Source: Bacteroidaceae bacterium
Lineage (GTDB): Bacteria; Bacteroidota; Bacteroidia; Bacteroidales; Bacteroidaceae
Length of the DNA stretch: 64,000 nucleotides
NCBI GenBank assembly: GCA_963675625.1
Contig: OY776497.1
Location: 2,636,409-2,700,408, forward strand
Direction: 5' to 3'
Shown: positions 1-9,925 of the stretch, in pieces
Position numbering within the stretch: the stretch's first letter is position 1
How the letters are laid out: every line of letters begins with the position of its first letter
Notes under the pieces: model-generated
Told to the model about the DNA's origin: nothing
The model's input: only the letters and a program-made list of their open reading frames with translations
The model's database searches: none
Translations under genes and position numbers: made by a program

Positions 1-3000
1 TACGCTTTAGCTACGGTAGAAGGAGTCTCTGAAGTCGCTTCTATAGGAGGTTTTGTACAAGCATATGAAGTTGTGGCTAACGCTGATCAACTACATCGTT
101 ATGGACTGACTTTATTAGATCTTGTCAAAGCTGTCAAGGAAAGTAATGAAGATACTGGAGCACAAACCATTGAGGTTAATAAAGTAGAGTATTTTGTACG
201 TGGTATAGGGTATGTAAAAAAAATAAAGGATATTGAAGAAGCTGTTGTCAAGGTGTATAAGAACACACCTATCTTAGTGAAAGACGTAGCACAAGTGGTA
301 TTGACTCCGTTGTCTAGACGAGGTATATTAGACAAAGAGGGAGCAGAAGCTGTTGGTGGAGTAGTCACAGCAAGATATGATGCAAATGCAATGCAAGTCA
401 TTCAAAAAGTAGAGAACAAACTGAAGATGATTAACGCCGGTATGCCCGAGAAAATTCTTCCAGATGGGCAAGTTTCCAAGTTGCATATTGTTCCGTTTTA
501 CAATCGTCGAACTTTAATTCAAGAAACCTTATACACATTGAATGAAGCATTGAGTTTGGAGGTCCTAATTACGATTATTGTCATTTTCTTGATGTTAACT
601 AGTGGGAGAATGTCGCTATTGGTTGCTGGACTATTGCCCGTTGCAGTCCTTTCCGTATTTATTTCGATGAAAATATTTGGTGTTACAGCTAATATTGTGT
701 CTTTAGCTGGTATTGCGATTGCGATTGGTACGATGGTGGATTTAGGTGTTATTCTTGGAGAGCGCATTGTCGAAAAGTGGCAAAAGCGTGCAGTAGGAGA
801 CAAGGCATCAAAAGTGGTTATGGAAGCTGTTCATGAGGTTGCTCCTGCTATGACAACTGCTGTATTGACAACTATTGTGAGCTTTATTCCAGTATTTGCT
901 TTATCAGGTGTTGAAGGCAAAATGTTCTTTCCACTAGCATTTTCCAAGACAAGTGCATTGGTGAGTGCATGGGTGGTGTCTCTATTTTTAATGCCTCCAT
1001 TGGCTGTAGCATTATTTCAAACTTATAGTTGGCAGAAATACTCCATTGTTAAGCGTATTATGTCATGGATGAGCGGTACTCGTGGATTATGGATACGCAC
1101 AGCTGTTGTCGTTATCGCATTGGTTACTTTGTTGGCTAGAATGTGGCACCCCATGAAGTTGCAAGGTATGTGGCTTAATTGGTTGTTGGTTGTATTGATT
1201 TGTGGAGGAACAGTAGGCCTATTTATGTGGTTCCAAAAGAGTTATCCTTATCTTTTAAGATGGTGTTTAGCTCATCGGTATGTGTTTTTCTTAGTGCCAA
1301 TCTTTTTGGTTATAGGTGGTATTTTGGCTTTTCACAAAATAGGAAGCGAGTTTATGCCAGCTCTAGATGAAGGTTCTTTTTTGTTGATGCCAACCTCTAT
1401 GCCACATACAGGTGTCTCAGAAAACAAACGTATATTGCAGTATATGGACAAGGCTGTAGCTAGCATACCAGAGGTTGAATCAGTTGTAGGAAAAGCTGGA
1501 CGTACTGAATCACCATTAGATCCTGCACCATTATCTATGTTTGAAAACGTGATTAATTATAAGACGGAGTATGTGCAGGATGAGAAAGGAAGAATACGTT
1601 TCTTTAAAACAAATAGTGAGGGATTATTTTTATTACATGATGGAGGAACAGTTGCCAATCCCAATAATACATTAGACAAACAAGGTACTGTGCCTTTTGC
1701 AGAGGTGACTGCACAAGATTTGGTCGAAGCTTCTGGTGGAAAGCCCTATAGACAATGGAGAAAAAATATTCTATCCAAAGAGGATATTTGGAAAGAGATT
1801 GTACGTTTATCTAAATGGCCTGGAGTAACTTCAGCTCCTATGTTGCAGCCTATTGAAACGAGGCTTTTAATGTTGCAATCGGGCATGAGAACTCCTATGG
1901 GAATACAAGTACAGGGCAAATCTTTAGCATACATTGAGCGCTTCTCTCAACAAATAGAACACCTATTAAAAGGAACTCCAGATGTGGATGCTGATGCTGT
2001 CTTTGCAGACAGAATCGTGTCTAAACCTTATGTTGTCATTGATTTGGATAGAAAGAAAATGGCACGTTACGGATTATCTATCAAGGCGGTACAACAAGTT
2101 ATAAAAACGGCGCTTGGAGGAATGCCACTTAGTCAGGTCGTATTGGGACGAGAACGGTATACCATGCAAGTACGATATCCCCGTGAATTGCGAGATTCTC
2201 CTGAGGATATCGCTAAGGTGTATGTGCCTGCTCCTACAGGGGAAACTGTTAGATTAGGACAAATTGCGAATGTACAGTTTGCCACAGGACCACAAGTGAT
2301 TAAGAGTGAAAATGGTTTTTTGGTGAGTTATGTATTGTTTGATAAGCTTGCGAAAGTTGATGCAACCAAATTAGTCGATAGGGTGCAGAAAAACATTTCA
2401 GAAGCTATTGACAAACGAGAAGTGATTGTGCCAAGTGGTGTGACTTACTCGTTTGTAGGTGATTATCAACAACAAAAGCATTCAAACAACACTTTGAAAG
2501 TAGTCATCCCATTGTGTTTGTTAGTCATCTTTCTAATTCTGTATTTTCAGTTCCGATCCATGACCACATCCATGATGATTTTTGTTGGGATTTCAGTTGC
2601 TTTCGCTGGTGGTATGATCATGTTATGGATGATGGATAAGAATATAAGCGTTGCCGTGTGGGTAGGGTTTATTGCTTTATTTGGGATCTCGACCGACGAT
2701 GGAGTAGTGATGACGACATACCTTAATAAATATGTGCGTCGTGGTCAAGTTGCCAATGTATCACAAGTCAGAGAGCAAGTACTTGCAGGAGCTACACAAA
2801 GAATTAGACCTTGTTTGATGACTACGGTTACCACCATATTGGCACTCTTGCCTATCTTAACCTCTACAGGTCGAGGTAGTGATATTATGATTCCAATGGC
2901 TATCCCATGTTTTGGAGGAATGCTGCTTGATGTGACCTCCTACTTTATGGTCCCCGTGTTGTATGCTTGGCGTGAAGAAATTATTATAAAGAAACTATGA
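1..3000 (+). CDS. CusA/CzcA-family heavy-metal efflux RND permease, 5'-truncated by window edge
   Basis: Frame 1 is open from nt 1 (YALATVEGVSEVASIGGFVQAYEV...). The ORF-track start at 73 is an internal GTG. Large RND-type protein with TM clusters and periplasmic loops, followed by outer-membrane factor and adaptor genes. Confidence 0.9.
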   Translation, partial: YALATVEGVSEVASIGGFVQAYEVVANADQLHRYGLTLLDLVKAVKESNEDTGAQTIEVNKVEYFVRGIGYVKKIKDIEEAVVKVYKNTPILVKDVAQVVLTPLSRRGILDKEGAEAVGGVVTARYDANAMQVIQKVENKLKMINAGMPEKILPDGQVSKLHIVPFYNRRTLIQETLYTLNEALSLEVLITIIVIFLMLTSGRMSLLVAGLLPVAVLSVFISMKIFGVTANIVSLAGIAIAIGTMVDLGVILGERIVEKWQKRAVGDKASKVVMEAVHEVAPAMTTAVLTTIVSFIPVFALSGVEGKMFFPLAFSKTSALVSAWVVSLFLMPPLAVALFQTYSWQKYSIVKRIMSWMSGTRGLWIRTAVVVIALVTLLARMWHPMKLQGMWLNWLLVVLICGGTVGLFMWFQKSYPYLLRWCLAHRYVFFLVPIFLVIGGILAFHKIGSEFMPALDEGSFLLMPTSMPHTGVSENKRILQYMDKAVASIPEVESVVGKAGRTESPLDPAPLSMFENVINYKTEYVQDEKGRIRFFKTNSEGLFLLHDGGTVANPNNTLDKQGTVPFAEVTAQDLVEASGGKPYRQWRKNILSKEDIWKEIVRLSKWPGVTSAPMLQPIETRLLMLQSGMRTPMGIQVQGKSLAYIERFSQQIEHLLKGTPDVDADAVFADRIVSKPYVVIDLDRKKMARYGLSIKAVQQVIKTALGGMPLSQVVLGRERYTMQVRYPRELRDSPEDIAKVYVPAPTGETVRLGQIANVQFATGPQVIKSENGFLVSYVLFDKLAKVDATKLVDRVQKNISEAIDKREVIVPSGVTYSFVGDYQQQKHSNNTLKVVIPLCLLVIFLILYFQFRSMTTSMMIFVGISVAFAGGMIMLWMMDKNISVAVWVGFIALFGISTDDGVVMTTYLNKYVRRGQVANVSQVREQVLAGATQRIRPCLMTTVTTILALLPILTSTGRGSDIMIPMAIPCFGGMLLDVTSYFMVPVLYAWREEIIIKKL

Positions 3001-4229
3001 GCATGAATAAATTACTAATTATAAGTTTGATGGTATGCAGTTGTTGGACTTGTGCCTGGAGTCAACCGTTACAGGTTGTCGTACAACATGCTATAGAAAA
3101 CAATGCTACCCTTGAAGCAGCAGAACTTGAGATGAAGATGGCAAAGATAGCGGTTGATGAGGCTTGGAAACTACCAGATTTGAAGGTGGGGTATGGCTGG
3201 TTTGCTTCTGAACCTCAAACCCGTACAGGTAGTCAAGAGTATAAAGTCTCTGTACAACAGATGCTACCTTGGTTTGGTGTCTTAAATAATAAGAAAAATG
3301 TAGCGAAGACGAAAGTGCAATTGAGTCATTCACAGCTACTTCTAGCTCGAAGAAAATTGATTTTTTCCGTGAGTAGGGGGTACTATAATTTGTTTGCTTT
3401 GCAGCAAAAGATACGTGTAACCAACCACTATATTGAATGGCTTGAAGATAAAAGAGGACTCATCTTAAATAGGCTGCAGAGCAATAAAGGAAATCTATCA
3501 GATGTATTGCTCCTAGATATGCGAGTGAATGATTTAAAACAGATGGTTGTAGAAGTAAAAGCAGAAGAAGCATCTATGCAAGCCTCTATGAGGGCGTTGA
3601 CAAATGAGGAAGATACGACAAGAATTACGACAGACGATTTGTTTTTACATTTGCCTGATGATCCAGAATATGTACCCGAATTGCTTAAAGATGTCGACCA
3701 ACATCCCGTTTTGAAGCAGATCGATGCCATGATGCATATTGTCAATGGGCAAGCGAAAGTGAACAACTCCTCCAATTATCCCAATATTGCCATAGGTATG
3801 GACTATATCAATATAAAGAAAAGAACAGATATGGTTGTCCCCAATAATGGAGATGATATTTATATGCTAATGGTTTCCTTCTCTATACCACTTTGGAATA
3901 AGTCCAAGTCGGTAGCTAAAAGACTAGCCATGCGACAAAGACAATTGCAAGTCGATAGACGACAAAAAAGTTTGGAGTTGCGAGCCGAACTTTTGGGAGC
4001 GGTTAGTCGTAAAAAGGCAGCTATGCAAACCTTTACTTTGCAAAACACCAATCGATTGACAGCGCAAAGAGCAGCTAAATTGGCATTAGCCAATATTGTT
4101 ACTGTCTCCGATGGCGTTGAGAGGTGGATTGATTGGCTTCGTTTGGAACAAGAGGCTGAATGGAAAATGATCCAAGCAGCAAAAACATATTATATGGAAT
4201 CTGCACTGGTCTTATACCTCGTACAATGA
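2997..4229 (+). CDS. TolC-family outer-membrane efflux protein
   Basis: The ATG overlaps the upstream stop (ATGA). Signal peptide and coiled-coil-rich OMF-like sequence, positioned inside the RND operon. Confidence 0.8.
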   Translation: MSMNKLLIISLMVCSCWTCAWSQPLQVVVQHAIENNATLEAAELEMKMAKIAVDEAWKLPDLKVGYGWFASEPQTRTGSQEYKVSVQQMLPWFGVLNNKKNVAKTKVQLSHSQLLLARRKLIFSVSRGYYNLFALQQKIRVTNHYIEWLEDKRGLILNRLQSNKGNLSDVLLLDMRVNDLKQMVVEVKAEEASMQASMRALTNEEDTTRITTDDLFLHLPDDPEYVPELLKDVDQHPVLKQIDAMMHIVNGQAKVNNSSNYPNIAIGMDYINIKKRTDMVVPNNGDDIYMLMVSFSIPLWNKSKSVAKRLAMRQRQLQVDRRQKSLELRAELLGAVSRKKAAMQTFTLQNTNRLTAQRAAKLALANIVTVSDGVERWIDWLRLEQEAEWKMIQAAKTYYMESALVLYLVQ

Positions 4230-4252
4230 TAAATAATTAAAAAGAAAGAGCA

Positions 4253-5938
4253 ATGAAAAAAAATGGATACTATAAAATTTTGATTTTGTTTGGTGCATTA
4301 ATGCTGTGGGGAGCTTGTGGTAGTAAACAGTCTGGTGATAAAGGTGAGAAACATATTGACCACCAATATAAACAAGAAGCAACTTTGTGGACTTGTTCAA
4401 TGCATCCACAAATAAAAAAGAATAAGCCAGGTGCATGTCCTATATGTGGTATGAGGTTAATTCCTCTAGAAGGTGAGCACAAAGAAGAGGCACAGGGACA
4501 TATGCCAGAGAGTCATCTTGATATGGGCAATACTTTGACATTAGCACATGTCCAAGTGTCCAAAATAGTACGTGGTACAGCCTATAATACCAAGAACTTT
4601 GTGGGAGAGATTGTACCCAATGATCAAGCCAAAGAAGTACAAGTTAGTTATTTGAGTGGGCGTATTGATAAAAACTTCATCACCTATGAAGGGCAAAAAG
4701 TACGTAAAGGACAAACACTGTCCCTTATGTATGTCCCTCAGATTATAGAGTTGCAGCAAGAATTAGCAGTGGCCAATGAGTTACGTGATACACAGCCTGA
4801 TATTTACACAGCATTGCGCAATAAAATGCATGTGTTGAAATTCTCACCCAAGCAGATCAAAATACTTGAGGAGACAAAAGAACCTATTGTTAATTTTCCA
4901 GTTTATGCTACAGTACATGGTACGGTCACCAAAATTTTAGCTACCCAAGGTGATCAAGTGAAGGTGGGGCAACCAATTTTTGAAGTCGTTGATTTCAGCA
5001 AAATATGGGTACGATTAGATGTCTTAGAACGCGAGAGCAGTGGCTTACGATTAGGGCAAACAGTAGAGGTGAGAATTCCTGCATTGCCTGGTCATGTGTT
5101 CAAGTCGGTTATTGATTATGTGGCACCAGTTGTTGATCCCCAATTGGGTACCATAGCAGTTCGGGCAACTCTTGATAATATAAAAGGGGCATTGAAAATT
5201 GGTATGCTTGTAGATGCTGTAGTCACTTTGTCAAAGAAAAGTAATGATGTCACGGATATAATTGTCCCTAAGTCTGCTGTACTATGGACGGGAAAACGTT
5301 CTATTGTATATGTACAGCAAGATCATAATAAGTATGCACTAAGGGAGGTCGTTTTGGGTGAGCGTACAGGGGATAACTATATAATACTGAAGGGACTGCA
5401 TGAGGGTGAGTATGTAGTCACAAATGGTGCATTTACTGTTGATGCTGCGGCTCAATTAGCAGGTTTACCATCGATGGTGCATAAAAAGCAGACTAATGGT
5501 ATGGAGGGCATGTCAAATATGAAACATGTACATTCCAGCAACTTGAAACTAGCTTTTGCTGAATACAGTTCCTTAACAAAAGCTTTATACCATGATGATT
5601 TTACAGAAGCTCAGAAACACATGCTTGCATTGAATAATGCGTTGAAAGACCAGATAACTGATGATAAAGTTTTCTTGAAAACACTTAACAAAGGAAGTAA
5701 ATCAATAGATATTGAGACACTCCGTAATGTCTATGAGGAAATTTCTAGTTGGATGATTGCACATGTATGTGAGCAAGGATTGGAACAAAAAGTATTTATA
5801 CAATTTTGTCCTATGGCTCATCGTAATCAAGGTGCTAGGTGGATTAGTGTAGAAAAGGAAATTAAAAACCCATATTTTGGAAGCAAAATGTTGCATTGCG
5901 GTAGTACTCAAGATTCCATAATGGGTAAAACGTATTAA
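4253..5938 (+). CDS. RND efflux periplasmic adaptor (CusB-like) with N-terminal Cys-rich metal-binding motif and C-terminal DUF3347-like region
   Basis: Lipoprotein-like leader. CSMHPQI...PGACPICGM motif, HlyD/beta-barrel core, and a C-terminal FCPMAH...HCGS region. Confidence 0.85.
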   Translation: MKKNGYYKILILFGALMLWGACGSKQSGDKGEKHIDHQYKQEATLWTCSMHPQIKKNKPGACPICGMRLIPLEGEHKEEAQGHMPESHLDMGNTLTLAHVQVSKIVRGTAYNTKNFVGEIVPNDQAKEVQVSYLSGRIDKNFITYEGQKVRKGQTLSLMYVPQIIELQQELAVANELRDTQPDIYTALRNKMHVLKFSPKQIKILEETKEPIVNFPVYATVHGTVTKILATQGDQVKVGQPIFEVVDFSKIWVRLDVLERESSGLRLGQTVEVRIPALPGHVFKSVIDYVAPVVDPQLGTIAVRATLDNIKGALKIGMLVDAVVTLSKKSNDVTDIIVPKSAVLWTGKRSIVYVQQDHNKYALREVVLGERTGDNYIILKGLHEGEYVVTNGAFTVDAAAQLAGLPSMVHKKQTNGMEGMSNMKHVHSSNLKLAFAEYSSLTKALYHDDFTEAQKHMLALNNALKDQITDDKVFLKTLNKGSKSIDIETLRNVYEEISSWMIAHVCEQGLEQKVFIQFCPMAHRNQGARWISVEKEIKNPYFGSKMLHCGSTQDSIMGKTY

Positions 5939-5961
5939 GAAACCCTAAGACTTAATCTGTC

Positions 5962-6897
5962 TTATCTATACAAGTAGACCATACCATCAGGACAACATAT
6001 TATCTGGTATAAGTCCTTATAACGAATGAGAATCTGACGAGAGTGTGCAGCTTCCAAAATAGCTTGTAAACGAGAGTAACTATCGGATGATGGGGGGACA
6101 ATGGCTTCTATCTCAGAAGTCCAAGTTTCAGTAGGATACTCGTTTTGAAGTTGTTTAATGGTAGTTATGACTTCTTCTGCTTCTAGCCAATATATATATG
6201 CTTTTAAATGACTTTCAACTTTTTCTGATAGTCCAATAGGTATTGTATATACATCTCCAAGATAGGGCTGATTACTATCAAGTAGATGAGCCAATTTTGG
6301 GCGTTGTATAGCCAAAGTCATATCTGCTTTTATAATAGATTCTAGGGGGAATTGTGAGTTATCTTCACAATGTAATCCCGATGGAATATCTATTGAGATG
6401 ATCGGAGTCTTTAGACTATTGATTTCTGATACAATATTAGCATATTCTCCGCTGAGTGGACGGTTCAATCCAGAACCGAAAAGGGCATCTAGGATGATAG
6501 GGTAAGGGGGGATGTACAAAAAATCCAATTCTTGTAATTTGGAAAACACGTTGTGCACCTCATCAATGTTTTCGATCAAAGAAAAATCAACTTCTTTAGG
6601 TAGCTTTTCTATGTTAATAGAGGTGTCTGAACTAATATTTCCCTGAAGATGAAACACATATAGTTTTACGAGGTACCCTCTATTACTTAGTAAACGTGCT
6701 ATAGCTACACCGTCGCCCCCGTTATTGCCAGGACCCGCAAAAATGATAACGGGATGATGAACGTTCCATTGAGTTGTAAAAAATACTGTTAGCGCTTCTG
6801 CAGCGGCTTCCATCAAATCGACAGAGGAAATACCTTTTTCTTCTATCGTGGCTTGATCCCATAAACGGGTTGTTTGGGCGGAATATATTTTTTTCAT
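5962..6897 (-). CDS. nnrE: NAD(P)H-hydrate epimerase (YjeF_N domain) with an unassigned ~95-aa C-terminal extension
   Basis: GPGNNGGDG motif and YjeF N-terminal-like sequence. The C-terminal part lacks dehydratase (HKG/Gly-rich) motifs. Confidence 0.7.
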   Translation of the reverse strand: MKKIYSAQTTRLWDQATIEEKGISSVDLMEAAAEALTVFFTTQWNVHHPVIIFAGPGNNGGDGVAIARLLSNRGYLVKLYVFHLQGNISSDTSINIEKLPKEVDFSLIENIDEVHNVFSKLQELDFLYIPPYPIILDALFGSGLNRPLSGEYANIVSEINSLKTPIISIDIPSGLHCEDNSQFPLESIIKADMTLAIQRPKLAHLLDSNQPYLGDVYTIPIGLSEKVESHLKAYIYWLEAEEVITTIKQLQNEYPTETWTSEIEAIVPPSSDSYSRLQAILEAAHSRQILIRYKDLYQIICCPDGMVYLYR

Positions 6898-6946
6898 GGT
6901 GCTAAATCTATATGCTCTATCTTAATTGTAAGATCTGATATGTTTA

Positions 6947-6954
6947 CAAATATA
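6947..6954 (-). promoter_or_regulatory. Bacteroidota -7 box (TATATTTG on coding strand)
   Basis: CAAATATA on the + strand, about 50 nt upstream of the ATG at 6897. Confidence 0.4.
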
Positions 6955-7040
6955 TGAATTTACTGTGTGTATTGCAAGGAAAGTGATGGAGAGATAAATT
7001 ACTTTATTTAGCGAAATAGTATGAAGTAACAAAAAATGTG

Positions 7041-7048
7041 TATATTTG
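7041..7048 (+). promoter_or_regulatory. Bacteroidota -7 box TATATTTG
   Basis: Exact TAnnTTTG match, 5 nt before the ATG at 7053. This argues against the GTG start at 7038. Confidence 0.4.
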
Positions 7049-7052
7049 TGCC

Positions 7053-8603
7053 ATGAAGAAGTGTATGGAAAAAAAGGCTGTGGTATGTATGTTTCTAATT
7101 CATGTCGCAGTAGCATTAAGTCGATGTTTATTTGTTATTTTCGGTCATTTAGACTTACATTATGAAGAGGCACAGTATTGGACATGGTCACAGCATTTGG
7201 ATTGGTCGTATTATTCCAAACCACCGTTGATCGCTTATGTGAATTATATATCACAGGCGGTTTTTGGGCATTCGGAATTTGCGGTACGTTTTAATGCCAT
7301 AGCATTGGGCTTTCTCAGTGCAGTGGTTTTGTATCTCTTGGCCAAGGAGATGACGCGAGACACAACAAAAGCAATATGGGCCTCTCTTTTGATTTATGTA
7401 ATGCCATTTTTTCAAGGGGCGTCTATGTTCTTTTCTACAGATGCATTACTATTATTCTTTTATCTTTGGGCACTTTATCTCGCTTGGATAGCAGTGAAAT
7501 ATGACCATTGGAAACATTGGTTATGGTTTGGTGTAGCATTAGGACTTGGATATTTGTCTAAGTATGCGATGTTATTTTTCCTTCCAGCCTTTGGTATATA
7601 TCTATGGATGATGGATAGGCGTGTGTTGACTAATACCAAATTGTATGTATCCATTGCCTTGTCATTCTGCTTTTTTATCCCTGTCATGATTTGGGGAGCA
7701 CAGCATGATTTTGTGGATTATAAACATCTAGCCCATCTTTCTGGAACTCATGATATACCATTGACGTGGGGGAAAAGAATCAGTAAGATTCTAGAATATG
7801 TAGGAGGACAGTTAGCTATTATTTCTCCATTATTTTTGGTCATGTACACAAAGGCTTTTCGACGCATTAAATGCAATAAGTCTATGTGGTTCTTGGCCTC
7901 TCACGGACTGATGATTTTTATCTTATTCCTATATGTGGCAGCTACACGTCGATCTGGTGCAAACATCAATTGGACTATGTTTGCATACGTGGGATTCCCC
8001 ATCGTCTTATCATCTTATCTAGTCGATGTGAAAAAGCAAAAGGTGGCCTCTGTACTTTCTATAATTACGATTATATTGCTTATAATTGGGACAAATTTGT
8101 CTTGTTTAGACGTGATTGGAATGAAACGAGTAATGCCTTCGACATCTGATCCGAGTAAGCATATGGTTGGATGGAATGAATTGTCTGATGATCTTCTTGA
8201 CCTGGAAAAAAGTTTGAATACAGACAAGGTGTTTTTCTTTTCTGATTCCTATCATGTGACATCCGAATTGCTTTTCTATATGTATCCTCAGCAGAATGTG
8301 TATTTTGTGAATGTAGGTAAGAGAATGAACCAATTTGATCTATGGAACAAGGAATTGGGAGGCATCAATCAATACGCCAATCAAGGATATACTGGAATCT
8401 TTATTAGTAGTAAATGTTTCCACAGTAAAGATCATCTTTTGAAAGATGCGCCACTTTTACCAGAAGTGGTGCAGGAATCCTTTGCACCTGGATATGAATA
8501 CCGTACTCACATCACTTATTTGCGAGGTGCGCCAGTGTATCAGTTTTATATCTATGTTTTGAAGGACTTTACCTCTTTCAAAGGAGAAACCGAGGGGTAT
8601 TAA
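7053..8603 (+). CDS. ArnT/PMT-like (GT39-type) membrane glycosyltransferase
   Basis: Polytopic membrane protein with EEAQYWTWSQHLDWSYYSKPPLIAY near the N-terminus. The start is ambiguous (7053, 7065 or 7089). Confidence 0.65.
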   Translation: MKKCMEKKAVVCMFLIHVAVALSRCLFVIFGHLDLHYEEAQYWTWSQHLDWSYYSKPPLIAYVNYISQAVFGHSEFAVRFNAIALGFLSAVVLYLLAKEMTRDTTKAIWASLLIYVMPFFQGASMFFSTDALLLFFYLWALYLAWIAVKYDHWKHWLWFGVALGLGYLSKYAMLFFLPAFGIYLWMMDRRVLTNTKLYVSIALSFCFFIPVMIWGAQHDFVDYKHLAHLSGTHDIPLTWGKRISKILEYVGGQLAIISPLFLVMYTKAFRRIKCNKSMWFLASHGLMIFILFLYVAATRRSGANINWTMFAYVGFPIVLSSYLVDVKKQKVASVLSIITIILLIIGTNLSCLDVIGMKRVMPSTSDPSKHMVGWNELSDDLLDLEKSLNTDKVFFFSDSYHVTSELLFYMYPQQNVYFVNVGKRMNQFDLWNKELGGINQYANQGYTGIFISSKCFHSKDHLLKDAPLLPEVVQESFAPGYEYRTHITYLRGAPVYQFYIYVLKDFTSFKGETEGY

Positions 8604-8617
8604 CCCCTGGTTTTTTT
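8593..8617 (+). terminator. Hairpin plus T7 tract at convergent gene ends
   Basis: aggggt-atta-acccct followed by ggttttttt. It overlaps both stop codons. Confidence 0.5.
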
Positions 8618-9814
8618 AGCTAGTGTTTTAATCCAGATTGTTAGTGCACACAAGCAGGCAAATAAAGCCATAATCCAACTCATATTCCATGGATTGCCAG
8701 TGTCGTTATTGAGCCAGCTCAATATTATAGTGGAGATAATGCCGCTACCATATTGCAAAGCTCCCAATAATGCCGAAGCTGAACCAGCCATTTCTGGCAC
8801 TAGATCTAGTGCTGCCGCAGTGGAAGTGGCGGCTATTACACCGTTCATCGCAAAAAAGAAAAATATAGGAATAACGACTCCGTATATTCCTCCAAGGTTT
8901 AATTTGACTAGCATCAATAAAGTCAGTCCCCCCAACATGGCAATCGTCGTAGAGACTTTTAATATAAGATCTAGTGTGTATTTACGAATGAGCAAACGGT
9001 TGACAAAACTTATTCCCATAACACCTACAATATTTAGCGAAAAAAGCCACCCATAATGTTGGGGTTGCACGTGAAAATAATTGATATATACAGCAGGGGA
9101 ACCAGCAATAAAGGCATACACACCGACGTAAAAAAACGTGACACATAGCGTGTATTGCATAAAATGGGTATTTCGCAACAACAATCGGTATTCATGAAAG
9201 GCTTTCCATACGGAGGTTTGTAAGCGTTTTTCTTCAGGCAAGGTTTCTGGTAATTGCTTAAACGAAATCAGCATCACCACTCCAATAATGGCAAGTAGCC
9301 AAAAGATACTATGCCAGCTACTCAACCGAAGTATCTGCCCACCCAGTAATGGGCCAACGATTGGAGCCAATGCCATTATAATCATTAAGGTAGATAGCAT
9401 CTCGGCTGCTTTAGCACGGCCGAATAAATCTCTCACCATTGCGCGTGAGAGCATAGGACCTACACAAGCACCAAATGCTTGAATAACTCGAGCGATGATT
9501 ATTTCTGTGATTGTGTGGGATAGGGCACAACAAATGGAACCAATGATAAATAAAATCAACCCTATTACAAGAGGTTTTTTTCTTCCGATTCTATCGCTGA
9601 TAGGTCCCCAAAATATTTGAGCTACCGCAAATCCAATTAAAAAGCCAGTGATTGTTAATTCAATATTGCCTTGTAATTCAACATCCATATGTGGCAAGGC
9701 AGGAAGATAAATATCCGTTGATAAGGAGGTCAATGCCATTAGACCACCTAGAATAAATAAAAATAGTATATTAGTTGGTACCAGATATATACCTGGTGCT
9801 TCTTTCTTTTTCAT
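8600..9814 (-). CDS. MFS transporter, Bcr/CflA drug-efflux family
   Basis: 12-TM MFS layout with GPISDRIGRKKPL motif A. Confidence 0.85.
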   Translation of the reverse strand: MKKKEAPGIYLVPTNILFLFILGGLMALTSLSTDIYLPALPHMDVELQGNIELTITGFLIGFAVAQIFWGPISDRIGRKKPLVIGLILFIIGSICCALSHTITEIIIARVIQAFGACVGPMLSRAMVRDLFGRAKAAEMLSTLMIIMALAPIVGPLLGGQILRLSSWHSIFWLLAIIGVVMLISFKQLPETLPEEKRLQTSVWKAFHEYRLLLRNTHFMQYTLCVTFFYVGVYAFIAGSPAVYINYFHVQPQHYGWLFSLNIVGVMGISFVNRLLIRKYTLDLILKVSTTIAMLGGLTLLMLVKLNLGGIYGVVIPIFFFFAMNGVIAATSTAAALDLVPEMAGSASALLGALQYGSGIISTIILSWLNNDTGNPWNMSWIMALFACLCALTIWIKTLAKKTRG

Positions 9815-9925
9815 ATTATATTGTTATCCTTGAAATCAATTAATTACCTGTTCGTCTTAAAATGAACAATAAGGAATCCCCCTTTTCGAAGAGAGATCCC
9901 TTGTTTTCTGTATGATGATTAATAC

